63,661 nt of DNA from Myxococcota bacterium (GTDB taxonomy: Bacteria > Myxococcota_A > UBA796 > CAJQPC01). Of the stretch, positions 31,020-40,234 are shown in pieces. A program made the translations under genes and the position numbers. The stretch covers positions 1 through 63,661 of the forward strand of contig JAZAMN010000019.1 of the NCBI GenBank assembly GCA_036229005.1, read 5' to 3'. Numbering within the stretch: position 1 is the first letter of the stretch; each line of letters opens with the position of its first letter. The notes beneath the pieces were generated by a model. It saw nothing but the letters and a program-made list of their open reading frames with translations. It did not search any database and was not told the origin of the DNA.

Positions 31020-31412
31020 ATGGCCATCACCCAGTGGTACGGCACCGGCCGCCGCAAGGAAGCCACCGCCCGCGTGTTCGTGCGCCCCGGCAACGGCAAG
31101 ATCGTCGTCAACAAGCGCGACATCGACACCTACTTCGACCGCGAGACCCTCAAGATGGTCCTGCGTCAGCCCCTGCACCTGACCAACAGCATCGCAGACG
31201 TGGACCTCTACGTGACCGTCCGCGGCGGTGGCAAGTCCGGTCAGGCTGGCGCCATCCGTCTGGGCATCTCCCGTGCCCTCGAGAAGCAGAACCCTGATCT
31301 GCGCTCCTCGCTCAAGAAGGCTGGCTTCCTGACCCGCGACGCTCGCCGCGTCGAGCGTAAGAAGTACGGTCAGCCCGGCGCCCGTAAGCGCTTCCAGTTC
31401 TCCAAGCGCTGA
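31020..31412 (+). CDS. rpsI: 30S ribosomal protein S9
   Basis: [32 protein letters not shown]. Confidence 0.99.
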   Translation: MAITQWYGTGRRKEATARVFVRPGNGKIVVNKRDIDTYFDRETLKMVLRQPLHLTNSIADVDLYVTVRGGGKSGQAGAIRLGISRALEKQNPDLRSSLKKAGFLTRDARRVERKKYGQPGARKRFQFSKR

Positions 31413-31422
31413 GACTGGGACC

Positions 31423-32193
31423 GTGTCCGAAACAAGGGCTCGCCTTCCGGGGCGGGCCCTTGTCTCTTCAGGGGATGTCCTCGTCGTCATCCCCGCTCGC
31501 TTTGGCAGCACGCGCTTGCCTGGCAAGGCCCTCGCACCCATCGCTGGGCGGCCGATGGTCCTCCACGTGGCCGACAGGGTCCTCGAAGGTGGACTGGAGC
31601 CGGTCGTCGCGACCGACGACCCCCGAATCCAGGCGGTGTGCCAACAAGCCGGGGTCGCCGTTGAGCTGACCTCCCCCGAGCATCCCAGCGGCAGTGACCG
31701 GGTCTGGGAGGCTGCGCAGCGCTTCCCCAAGGCGCGCTGGGTGATCAACGTGCAGGGCGATGAGCCGCTCTTTGACGGCAGCGTGTTGCTGGAGATGGTC
31801 GCTTTGTTGCGGGAGGGGAGAGCGCCGGTGGTCACCCTCGGAGCCCCGCTTCCGGACGATGAAGGTGCGCTCCAGGACCCCAGCGTGGTCAAGGTGCAGG
31901 TGGGCCCCGACGGGCTCGCGGTGGACTTCACGCGCTCGTCACCGCCTGCAGGTGTCGCCCACGCGACCCTCCAGCACCTCGGGTGTTACGGCTTTGGGCG
32001 GGCTGCCCTTGGCCACTTTGTGTCTCTCCCGCCCTCGAGTCGGGAGCTGCGCGAGCGCCTGGAGCAGCTTCGGCTCGTCCAGGCTGGCGTGCCAATCGCT
32101 GTCTTGTCCATCGACCAGGCCTCGCCTTCGGTCGATACCCCGTCCGATCTGGAGCGCGTCCGCGCGCTGATGGGCGTCAGGCCCCAGGAGTAG
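31423..32193 (+). CDS. kdsB: 3-deoxy-manno-octulosonate cytidylyltransferase (CMP-Kdo synthetase)
   Basis: IPARFGSTRLPGK, VATDD, SGSDR, NVQGDEP, LEQLR, VDTP.DL. Confidence 0.93.
   Translation: MSETRARLPGRALVSSGDVLVVIPARFGSTRLPGKALAPIAGRPMVLHVADRVLEGGLEPVVATDDPRIQAVCQQAGVAVELTSPEHPSGSDRVWEAAQRFPKARWVINVQGDEPLFDGSVLLEMVALLREGRAPVVTLGAPLPDDEGALQDPSVVKVQVGPDGLAVDFTRSSPPAGVAHATLQHLGCYGFGRAALGHFVSLPPSSRELRERLEQLRLVQAGVPIAVLSIDQASPSVDTPSDLERVRALMGVRPQE
31432..31463 (+). terminator. Hairpin downstream of rpsI (probable weak terminator, overlaps kdsB 5' end)
   Basis: ACAAGGGCTCGCC...GGCGGGCCCTTGT followed by CTCTT. Confidence 0.55.
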
Positions 32194-32199
32194 TTGTCC

Positions 32200-33858
32200 A
32201 TGCGCAAGAAGTTCATCTTCGTGACCGGCGGTGTGCTCTCAGCTCTGGGCAAGGGGCTGTCCGCCTCTGCCATCGGAGCGCTGCTCGGTGCGCGCGGGAT
32301 CCGGGTGACCAACGTCAAGATGGACCCCTACATCAACGTGGATCCGGGGACCATGTCGCCCTACCAGCACGGCGAGGTCTTCGTCACCGATGATGGCGCC
32401 GAGACCGACCTGGACCTGGGGCACTACGAGCGCTTCACGGACCGCACGCTGTCCCGAAAGAACAGCTTCACCACCGGGCGCATCTACTCCAACGTCATCG
32501 GGCGGGAGCGCAAGGGCGAGTACCTGGGCCGCACCGTGCAGGTCATCCCCCACATCACCGACGAGATCAAGAAGATGATCTGGGAGGCCGTGGAGGACGT
32601 GGACATCGGCATCATCGAGGTCGGTGGCACCGTCGGCGACATCGAAGGCCTGCCCTTCCTGGAGGCCATCCGCCAGTTCCGCCACGACGCCGGCCCCCAG
32701 AACGTGCTCTTTGTGCACCTGACCCTGGTGCCGTACATCAAGACCGCCGGCGAGCTCAAGACCAAGCCCACGCAGCACTCCGTCAAGGAGCTCCTGGGCC
32801 TGGGAATCCAGCCCGACCTGCTCATCTGCCGCAGCGACCGGGCCCTGCCCAAGAACCTGCGCCAGAAGATCGCGCACTTCTGCAACGTGTCGGTCGACTC
32901 GGTCATCGCCGCGCCGGATGTCCCCAACATCTACCAGCTCCCCCTGACCTTCCACGAGGAGGAGCTGGACGACCGCATCCTCGAGAAGCTGGGCATCTGG
33001 GCAGCCGCGCCCAACCTGCACCAGTGGGAGGACCTGGTCGCCCGCATGGCCAAGCCGCACAGCGCGGTTCGCATCGGCATTGTCGGCAAGTACGTGCACC
33101 TCACGGACACCTACAAGTCCCTGAACGAGGCGCTGACCCACGGTGGCCTGGCTCAGCGGGCCAAGGTCGAGCTGGTCTACATCGACAGCGAGGCCCTGGA
33201 CCCCGCGCACCCCGAGAAGGATCTGGCCGGCCTCGACGGCGTCCTGGTCCCGGGCGGCTTCGGAGACCGCGGCGTCGAGGGCAAGATCGCGGCCGTCCGC
33301 TACGCCCGCGAGAACAAGCTGCCCTTCTTCGGCATCTGCCTGGGCCTGCAGGTGGCCACCATCGAGTTCGCGCGGAACGTGCTGGGCCTCTCGGACGCCA
33401 ACTCCCGCGAGTTCTCGCCGGACGCCGGCCACATGGTCATCGAGCTCATGGACGAGCAGCATGAGGTCGTGGACAAGGGCGGGACGATGCGCCTGGGGAC
33501 CTGGCCTTGTCAGCTCGCGGCCGACAGCCTGGCCGCTCGGGTGTACGGCGCCTCCGACATCCAGGAGCGCCACCGCCACCGCTACGAGGTCAACCCGGCC
33601 TACCACGCCCGGCTGGTCGAGGGCGGCATGCGCCTCTCCGGCACCAGCCCGGACGGAAAGCTGGTGGAGATGGTGGAGCTGCAGGAGCACCCCTACTTCA
33701 TCGCCTGCCAGTTCCACCCGGAGTTCAAGAGCCGCCCGCTGCGGCCTCACCCCCTGTTCTCTTCGTTCGTGAAGGCGGCGATCGAGCAGCGCAAGCGCAG
33801 CCAGAGCGCGACGGCCGGCGCGGACAAGGAGGGAGCCTCGCCGGTCGCCGAGGCCTGA
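32200..33858 (+). CDS. pyrG: CTP synthase
   Basis: [40 protein letters not shown]. Confidence 0.99.
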   Translation: MRKKFIFVTGGVLSALGKGLSASAIGALLGARGIRVTNVKMDPYINVDPGTMSPYQHGEVFVTDDGAETDLDLGHYERFTDRTLSRKNSFTTGRIYSNVIGRERKGEYLGRTVQVIPHITDEIKKMIWEAVEDVDIGIIEVGGTVGDIEGLPFLEAIRQFRHDAGPQNVLFVHLTLVPYIKTAGELKTKPTQHSVKELLGLGIQPDLLICRSDRALPKNLRQKIAHFCNVSVDSVIAAPDVPNIYQLPLTFHEEELDDRILEKLGIWAAAPNLHQWEDLVARMAKPHSAVRIGIVGKYVHLTDTYKSLNEALTHGGLAQRAKVELVYIDSEALDPAHPEKDLAGLDGVLVPGGFGDRGVEGKIAAVRYARENKLPFFGICLGLQVATIEFARNVLGLSDANSREFSPDAGHMVIELMDEQHEVVDKGGTMRLGTWPCQLAADSLAARVYGASDIQERHRHRYEVNPAYHARLVEGGMRLSGTSPDGKLVEMVELQEHPYFIACQFHPEFKSRPLRPHPLFSSFVKAAIEQRKRSQSATAGADKEGASPVAEA

Positions 33859-33981
33859 ATCCCCAGGCCCATTGGGAAGCATTGCGGGTATCGCCTCCGT
33901 CTGCAGAGCCGGCGGGGGCGTGAGTTCGTCTTGTCTTGAAGAGCTTTCGGGACGAAGAGAGGGCTTGTGGCTTGACCTTAC

Positions 33982-33998
33982 AGCAAAGGTCGTGCCAG
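33982..33998 (-). promoter_or_regulatory. Consensus sigma-54 binding site in reverse orientation upstream of rpoN
   Basis: Minus strand reads CTGGCACGACCTTTGCT (consensus YTGGCACG-N4-TTGCW). Confidence 0.75.
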
Positions 33999-34029
33999 AT
34001 TTGTTTCAGGCACGCAGCCCGGACACTCC

Positions 34030-35562
34030 ATGGCTCTCGAACTCCGACAGAACCTCAAGCTCAGTCAGCAGCTTGTCATCACCCCCCAGCTCCAGCAGGC
34101 CATCAAGCTGCTGCAGCTCTCCCACATGGATCTGGTGGAGCAGATCCAGCAGGAGCTCGTCGAGAACCCCGTCCTTGAAGAGGTCCCCGGGGGGATTCAG
34201 GACGACGCCCTGGCGGACTTCCAGGCCAAGCTGAACGAGGACACCCGCAAGTCGGACAAGGAGGAGCGGGAGGTCAACGCCGGCGAGGCCATGGAGACCA
34301 ACTGGGCCGGGCTGGATGAGAGCGCGCCCAAGACCAAGGAGAATGCGGTCCCCGAGGACGCTCCGGAGCGCGACCAGAAGCTCACCGAGGAGCAGTGGCG
34401 CGAGGTGCTGGAGAGCTACTCGTCCTACTCGGGCACGAGCTCCGGCATCCGCGGCGCCGAGGACCTGCCGCCCATCGAGGCCACTCTCAGCACCTCGCAG
34501 ACCCTGGTCGAGCACCTCGCCTGGCAGCTCCAGATGCAGCACTGCACGGACGGTGAGCGTCAGGCGGCCCAGGTGATGCTGCTGAACCTGGACGATCGCG
34601 GATACCTCTCCCTGACGCTGGAGGAGGTCGCCCAGGAGGCCGAGGTGGACCTCGACGACGTCGAGGGGGCTCAGATGATCCTCCAAGGCCTGGAGCCCAT
34701 CGGCTGCGGATCCCGCACGCTGGCCGAGTGCCTGGTGGTGCAGGCCAAAGCGCGCTTTGCGGAGGATCCATTCTTCCCCCAGCTCATCAGCGAGCACCTG
34801 GCCGACTTCGAGCGCCGCAACTACCAAGCCATCGCCCGGGCGATGGACATGGACATGGAGGACGTCCTCGAGTACCACAAGATGCTCCAGGACTTCGAGC
34901 CCTGGCCCGGTCGGGGGTACTCGGACGCCGACCCGCGCTACATCACGCCGGACGTCTACGTCTTCAAGGTGGGGGACGAGTGGCAGATCCTCCAGAACGA
35001 GGACGGCCTGCCCAAGCTCCGCGTCAGCCCCTACTACCAGCGGGTGATGGAGGGTGGCGGCTCGAAGGAGGAGCGCGAGTACATCAAGGGCAAGCTGGAC
35101 TCCGCCGACTTCCTGATCAAGTCCATCTACAAGCGCCAGGCCACCATCCACAAGGTCGTTGAGGCCATCCTCAAGCGGCAGCAGGACTTCTTCGAGCACG
35201 GCGTGTCCCACCTCCGGCCCATGATCCTGCGGGACATCGCCGATGAGATCGGCGTCCACGAGTCCACCGTCTCCCGCGTGACCTCCAACAAGTACCTGCA
35301 GTGCCCTCAGGGCATCTTCGAGCTCAAGTACTTCTTCAACGCCGGGATCCAGCAGGTCCAGGGCGAGGACATCGCCGCCGAGGCCGTCAAGTCCCGCATC
35401 AAGCAGATCATCGCGGGCGAGGACCCCCGCAAGCCAAAGTCGGACTCCCGCATCGCGACGGAGCTGCGCGAGTACAACATCAAGTGCGCGCGCCGGACGG
35501 TCGCCAAGTACCGCGAGGCCATGGGCATCCTCAGCAGCAGCAAGCGCAAGTCGCTGTTCTGA
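34030..35562 (+). CDS. rpoN: RNA polymerase sigma-54 factor
   Basis: PQLQQAIKLLQL, HESTVSR, RpoN box ARRTVAKYRE. Confidence 0.99.
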   Translation: MALELRQNLKLSQQLVITPQLQQAIKLLQLSHMDLVEQIQQELVENPVLEEVPGGIQDDALADFQAKLNEDTRKSDKEEREVNAGEAMETNWAGLDESAPKTKENAVPEDAPERDQKLTEEQWREVLESYSSYSGTSSGIRGAEDLPPIEATLSTSQTLVEHLAWQLQMQHCTDGERQAAQVMLLNLDDRGYLSLTLEEVAQEAEVDLDDVEGAQMILQGLEPIGCGSRTLAECLVVQAKARFAEDPFFPQLISEHLADFERRNYQAIARAMDMDMEDVLEYHKMLQDFEPWPGRGYSDADPRYITPDVYVFKVGDEWQILQNEDGLPKLRVSPYYQRVMEGGGSKEEREYIKGKLDSADFLIKSIYKRQATIHKVVEAILKRQQDFFEHGVSHLRPMILRDIADEIGVHESTVSRVTSNKYLQCPQGIFELKYFFNAGIQQVQGEDIAAEAVKSRIKQIIAGEDPRKPKSDSRIATELREYNIKCARRTVAKYREAMGILSSSKRKSLF

Positions 35563-35580
35563 GCCGCCTGGGGGCTCGGC

Positions 35581-37272
35581 TCAGGGGGCCGGTGGGACCT
35601 TGTAGAGCCAGGCCCAGGTGCCCTCGCCGTCCTCGAGCGTGTCCACCAACTCCAGGGTCACCCCGCTCTGCTCCTGCGCCTTGTGCACCCGGCTCTTGGT
35701 GGGGCTGAGGTTGTAGCGCATGGGCGCGCTCGGCCGGATCAGCAGCAGGTGCTGGCCCTGAGCAAGGCGGAGCAGCTCCACCCAGGCCTGCTCGCGATCT
35801 GAGGCGTGGGAGACCGCCCCCCAGGCGTGGGTGGTCTGCAGCTCGGGCGCCCGGATCTCCAGCATCCCGTACAGGTCGTAGTCGCTGGCGACCAGACGGG
35901 TGACCTCGTTTGCGCGGAGGAGCTCGATCAGGTCGGACTGCCCAGACTCGGAGAAGGTGGGGACGCGACCGCTGTCCACCAAGCCATCGGTCCTCCTCAA
36001 GAGATCCACTCCGGGGAGCAGCAGAGGGAGGGAGAGGACCCCAGCCACCACACCCCGGGCCCAACTCTTGGGATGGACCCGCACGGCGGCCAGGCGGGTG
36101 CCCGCCAGACCGACCCAGATCGCCAGGGGAGGCGTGGCCTGCGCGAGGTGATGGAGGTCCCGGTTGGACAACCACAGCAGCAGGATCTGTAGCGGGACGA
36201 AGAGGCTCAGGATCCGCAGCAAGGCGCCGCAGCGATCCCGCCGAGGACGCAGCCACTCCAGGACGCTCCCGGCCAGCGCGACGCTCCAGCCGACCCAGCG
36301 CAGCCAGGCCAGGGTCGAAGGCCGCTCCCCCCCATAGGCTTGGGTCAGCCAGGCCAGGGGATCCCCGAGGTACCAGATCAGCGTGTTGGGGACCTCGCGG
36401 GCGGGGGCGCGCTCCCCGGAGAACAGCCCGCTCAGCCCGGAGAAGGCGCGCTCGAGCTGGAGGCCCAGGAAGTCGTGTGACTGGATGTGGCCCTGCGCGG
36501 GGACCTGGAGGCCGTGGTGCAGCCAGGTGACCCAGAGCGGCGCGGTGAGGAGCCCAACGATGCCTGCCAGGAGCGCCCAGGAGGGAGCGGGCGGTGGCTT
36601 GAGCTCGGGCCGGTCCCTGCGCGTCAGGAGCATGGCCAGGGCCCAGGCGAGGGCGGTGGGCAGGAAGGTGGCCTTGGCCAGCAGACCCAGCCCCAGAGCG
36701 ACGGCGATGGCGACCGCTCCGTGACGCCCGCCCGCCCAGCGACGGGACCAGCTCGCCCAGATGAGCAGCAGTCCAGCGGCCAACAGGAGCAGCTCGGTGC
36801 CCCCCAGCACCTTCCGGTAGAACACAAAGCCCCAGTCGCTGGCCAGGATCAGCGCGGCCAACCCTCCGGAGCCCGGGAGACCGTGGAAGCGCAGGAAGCG
36901 GTGCACCAGGACGATGAACAGCCCGCCCAGCAGCAGGTGGAGGGTCACCGCCCCGAGCTGCCCGCCACCGAGCGCAACGATGAGCCGCGAGGGCCAGTCG
37001 GGGAGGCCTCCGGTGTAGCTGTTGATCGCCAGGGGGAGCTCCACCGGCCCGAGCACCAGACGCTCGATGGGGCGCACCTGTGCGGCGTGCAGGGGGCCCC
37101 AGGCCCAGGAGTCGGCGAGTGTGCCCTGGAAGTCCACCAGGACTCGGGGAGGGGAGGGGAGGGACCAACCCAGGGCCACCTCGCCGACGATCCCCACCGC
37201 GTTCACCGTCAGGGCCCCCAGCACGGCGTAGAGCACCAGCGCGCAGGCGAGGAGAACAGGGGCCCGCCTCAC
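35581..37272 (-). CDS. Polytopic membrane protein, probable GT-C (ArnT/PMT-like) glycosyltransferase
   Basis: Many TM helices; INSYTGGL loop and LGLGLLAK motif typical of ArnT-like proteins; soluble C-terminal domain. Confidence 0.6.
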   Translation of the reverse strand: MRRAPVLLACALVLYAVLGALTVNAVGIVGEVALGWSLPSPPRVLVDFQGTLADSWAWGPLHAAQVRPIERLVLGPVELPLAINSYTGGLPDWPSRLIVALGGGQLGAVTLHLLLGGLFIVLVHRFLRFHGLPGSGGLAALILASDWGFVFYRKVLGGTELLLLAAGLLLIWASWSRRWAGGRHGAVAIAVALGLGLLAKATFLPTALAWALAMLLTRRDRPELKPPPAPSWALLAGIVGLLTAPLWVTWLHHGLQVPAQGHIQSHDFLGLQLERAFSGLSGLFSGERAPAREVPNTLIWYLGDPLAWLTQAYGGERPSTLAWLRWVGWSVALAGSVLEWLRPRRDRCGALLRILSLFVPLQILLLWLSNRDLHHLAQATPPLAIWVGLAGTRLAAVRVHPKSWARGVVAGVLSLPLLLPGVDLLRRTDGLVDSGRVPTFSESGQSDLIELLRANEVTRLVASDYDLYGMLEIRAPELQTTHAWGAVSHASDREQAWVELLRLAQGQHLLLIRPSAPMRYNLSPTKSRVHKAQEQSGVTLELVDTLEDGEGTWAWLYKVPPAP

Positions 37273-37881
37273 TCAGCGCCTCCGGGCAGTGAGCACCGTG
37301 ACCAGGGGGTGGAGCGGCTCCATCACGACCATGAAGCGCTCGTCGCGCTCCAGCTCCTCCATGACGCCTTGGGCGGACACGGAGCGCATCCAGCTTGGGT
37401 CAAAGAAGTCGGCCTCCACCTGCTCGGGGGGGATGGTCCAGAAGTGGTCGGCCACGACCAGCAGGCCGCCGACCGGCAACATCGCGTACAGCCGGTCCCA
37501 GAGGGCGCGGCGCTCCCGGTCGCTCAGTCCGGTGAGCGCACAGCAGGCCGTCACGTGGGTCAAGCCGAGCACGTGGGGGGGCTCCCGCAGGTCTCCGCAG
37601 CGCAGCTCCAGGTTGGCGGGCGCGTCATCCTGGGCCCGCTCCAACATGGCGGGGGAGATGTCGACGCCGATGACCCGTTTGACGTGAGGAGCCAGGGTGC
37701 GGGCGACGTTCCCGGTTCCGGTCCCCAGGTCCAGGATCACGTCGTCCGGCTCGGCCTCACAGCGGGTGAGCAGGACGTTGGTCGCGGTGTGACGCCACGC
37801 CGTGCCCACGTCGCCGGGGCCCTTGTCGTCATAGGTCGCTGCGCGGGCGTCCCAGAACTCGGCGAGCCGCTCCCGGCTCAC
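37273..37881 (-). CDS. Class I SAM-dependent methyltransferase
   Basis: FWDARAATYD, ILDLGTGTG, GVDISPAML, LPVGGLLVV; GTG start overlaps the cytochrome stop. Confidence 0.9.
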   Translation of the reverse strand: MSRERLAEFWDARAATYDDKGPGDVGTAWRHTATNVLLTRCEAEPDDVILDLGTGTGNVARTLAPHVKRVIGVDISPAMLERAQDDAPANLELRCGDLREPPHVLGLTHVTACCALTGLSDRERRALWDRLYAMLPVGGLLVVADHFWTIPPEQVEADFFDPSWMRSVSAQGVMEELERDERFMVVMEPLHPLVTVLTARRR

Positions 37882-39311
37882 TGCTGGCTCAGGTCCACGG
37901 CGCGCTCCCAGGCGACATAGCGGCTGTCCGTGGCGGCCTGCATGGCCTCCTCCAGCAGCTTGAGGCCCTCGGCGGGGTAGGTCTCGTTCTTGATCCAGAT
38001 CTCGTAGTTCTTGCGGTAGGCCTCGTCGGGCCAGACCTCGACCCGCGCGGAGATCTTGGCGCACTGCTCGTGCCGGGCCGCGGAGTACTCCAGCGACTGG
38101 CTCTCGCCCGGCAGGATGCGGGTGTCGTAGAGCTCGGTCTGGAGGTTCGGGGTCAGCGCCCGCGCCACGAACATCTGCTGGCGGGTGCCCTCGATGGGGG
38201 TGCCGCCGGCGTCCAACTGCTCGATGACCAGCACCACGCGAGGGGTGGTGTAGGTGGGGAAGCGGTGCCCCGCGCCGGTGTTGGTGATGGTGAGCGTGGC
38301 CTCAAGGGGCTTGGCGACCATGCCATCCCCCAGGCTGCTGAGCTCGGCGGTGGCCTCGAACGCGCCCTGGGTGAACTCCCGGTCGTGGATGCCCTTGAAG
38401 CTGTGGTCGCCCTCGGGCATGTGGCAGCTCTGGCAGGTCACACCGTCGCCGGCGAACTCGGTCCGCCGCCACTCCTGGTAGGTCTCCTGGATCTTCTTCT
38501 CCTCGAGCTGCTTGCCGGCGGCGATGCGGCCGTCGTGGCAGCCCTCGCAGAAGAGCGGATCCTGGAACTCGTCCCGGGCGATGAAGCCGCCGTGGGGGAG
38601 CCCCTCGTTCGGGTCGACCAGCGGCTCGGTGGCCTCCGCGGTGGCGGCCTGCTCGGGATCGATCTCGCTGCCCTGGGGGTGGCCCTCGGTGGGGGGGCCG
38701 TAGCGGTCCCAGCCGCGCACATGGCAGCCCGCGCAGGTCAGCCCCTCGGTGCGGAGCTCAGCCATATAAACCGGGTTCTCCTCCCCATCGAGCTTGGGGT
38801 ACTGCTCGGCGTTGGGGGCGTGGCAGCGCTGGCAGGCGTGGACAAAGCTGTCCTCGGCGTCGACCAGTTGGCCCATCATGCCGGGACCCATGCCCAGGTG
38901 GTGCCAGGACTCATTCCACTGGCTGAGCTGCTGGGGATGGCAGGTGCCGCAGGCCTGGGGCGACAGGCTGGACTCGATCTCGGTCCAGCCCTCGGGGGGC
39001 TCACCCTGGGCGGGGATGGGCTGCTTGAACTGGAAGTGTCCAGCGAGCCACTCGGCGGCCTGACCCTCTCCCGGCTTGAGGGGCTCGTCGTCCTCGGTCA
39101 CGACCGGAGGTCCGTCCTTGAAGGCCTTGGCGCCGTCATCGACGTGCTCCTTGACCTTGTAGAGCGGCGCTGCGTGCTCCTCGGGCTGTTCAAAGCCCTT
39201 GGGGACGTAGTTGTCGGTGGCAAAGCGCTTGAGCGCGATCCCGCCAACGATGACGATGAAGATGCCCAGGGCCACGTTCAGGCCCTTCTCTACGCGCTTA
39301 CGGTCCAGCAT
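37878..39311 (-). CDS. Membrane-anchored pentaheme c-type cytochrome (c554/c552-like multiheme)
   Basis: Five CxxCH motifs (CGTCH, CQRCH, CAGCH, CEGCH, CQSCH), N-terminal TM helix, C-terminal AGHRFPT-containing beta domain. Confidence 0.9.
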   Translation of the reverse strand: MLDRKRVEKGLNVALGIFIVIVGGIALKRFATDNYVPKGFEQPEEHAAPLYKVKEHVDDGAKAFKDGPPVVTEDDEPLKPGEGQAAEWLAGHFQFKQPIPAQGEPPEGWTEIESSLSPQACGTCHPQQLSQWNESWHHLGMGPGMMGQLVDAEDSFVHACQRCHAPNAEQYPKLDGEENPVYMAELRTEGLTCAGCHVRGWDRYGPPTEGHPQGSEIDPEQAATAEATEPLVDPNEGLPHGGFIARDEFQDPLFCEGCHDGRIAAGKQLEEKKIQETYQEWRRTEFAGDGVTCQSCHMPEGDHSFKGIHDREFTQGAFEATAELSSLGDGMVAKPLEATLTITNTGAGHRFPTYTTPRVVLVIEQLDAGGTPIEGTRQQMFVARALTPNLQTELYDTRILPGESQSLEYSAARHEQCAKISARVEVWPDEAYRKNYEIWIKNETYPAEGLKLLEEAMQAATDSRYVAWERAVDLSQQ

Positions 39312-39387
39312 GGGCAGCGTCTAACCCAGCAGGCCCCGGCGCGGCGGCCTTTTCCAGCATCCGCTGCGGATGACGGCCCCAGAGCAC

Positions 39388-39418
39388 AAAACCCCCAGGG
39401 CGCGCGGCCCCAGGGGTT
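39388..39418 (-). terminator. Terminator-like hairpin after (NAC)8 peptide gene
   Basis: Minus strand AACCCCTGGGG-CCGCGCG-CCCTGGGGGTTTT. Confidence 0.65.
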
Positions 39419-39448
39419 CGGTGTTCGAGCCCCGGAGGGCTCAGCCGC

Positions 39449-39628
39449 TCAGGCCCCGCAAGCGTTGCAGGCGTTGCAGGCGTTGCAAGCGTTGCAGGCA
39501 TTGCAAGCGTTGCAGGCATTGCACGCGTTGTCGGCGTTCTCAGCGTTCTCCTCGGCGTCCTTGTCACAGGCGACCAGGGCGAGGGCGGCGGTGGCAGCGG
39601 CGGCTGCGGCCATCAGCTTCGTGTTCAT
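39449..39628 (-). CDS. 59-aa Cys-rich lipopeptide with (Asn-Ala-Cys)8 repeat
   Basis: MNTKLMAAAAAATAALALVAC-DKDAEENAENAD-(NAC)8-GA*; GGAG RBS; lipobox LVAC; synonymous variation among 9-bp units. Confidence 0.85.
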   Translation of the reverse strand: MNTKLMAAAAAATAALALVACDKDAEENAENADNACNACNACNACNACNACNACNACGA

Positions 39629-39727
39629 TGGTTTCTCCATCTCGAGAGGGGCATCAGCGCCCACTCTCCGTATACCCGATGGAGTCTGGGTCGGTCGGTT
39701 TCGGGGACGCCAGGCGAAAGGACCCCG

Positions 39728-39769
39728 AAACGACAACACCCCCGAGGCACGAAGCCCCGAGGGTGTTGT
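39728..39769 (-). terminator. Terminator-like hairpin after (NAC)7 peptide gene
   Basis: Minus strand ACAACACCCTCGGGGC-TTCGT-GCCTCGGGGGTGTTGT-CGTTT. Confidence 0.65.
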
Positions 39770-39832
39770 TTGGCTGCGCTGTCGTCGCGCTCAGGCGGTG
39801 TGCCTGGCGCCGACGCTGACGCGTTTACCTTT

Positions 39833-40003
39833 TCAGGCGCCGCAGGCGTTGCAAGCGTTGCAGGCGTTGCAGGCGTTGCAAGCGTTGCAGGCGTTGCAAG
39901 CGTTGTCAGCGTTCTCAGCGTTCTCCTCGGAATCCTTGTCGCAGGCGACCAGGGCGAAGGCGGCGGTGGCGGCGGCAGCAGCAGCAAGCAGCTTGGTGTT
40001 CAT
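39833..40003 (-). CDS. 56-aa Cys-rich lipopeptide with (Asn-Ala-Cys)7 repeat (paralogue)
   Basis: MNTKLLAAAAAATAAFALVAC-DKDSEENAENAD-(NAC)7-GA*; GAGGAG RBS; lipobox LVAC. Confidence 0.85.
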   Translation of the reverse strand: MNTKLLAAAAAATAAFALVACDKDSEENAENADNACNACNACNACNACNACNACGA

Positions 40004-40234
40004 ATCGGGCTCCTCTCTTCTTGCGGTTACGCCTGCGGTCGGAACAGCCCGACTGCAGGGGAAGGGTGAATCCATCTTGTGGAGGGTCTCCACCGGATTG
40101 CGCCGCCAGACTATCGCAGCCCGCGGGGGCTGTCTACGTCTGGAGGCATCCCAGGACTCCGCACCATCATGCTCGGAGCGGTCTTGGCATGTCAAGACCC
40201 CTTGCCTGGACCCGCTTCGCGCTACGCTTGGGCC

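Noticed and set aside
39458..39904. GCAGGCGTT-type 9-bp arrays as CRISPR or non-coding VNTR
   Set aside because: No unique spacers, no cas genes, unit too short; variation is confined to synonymous codon positions.
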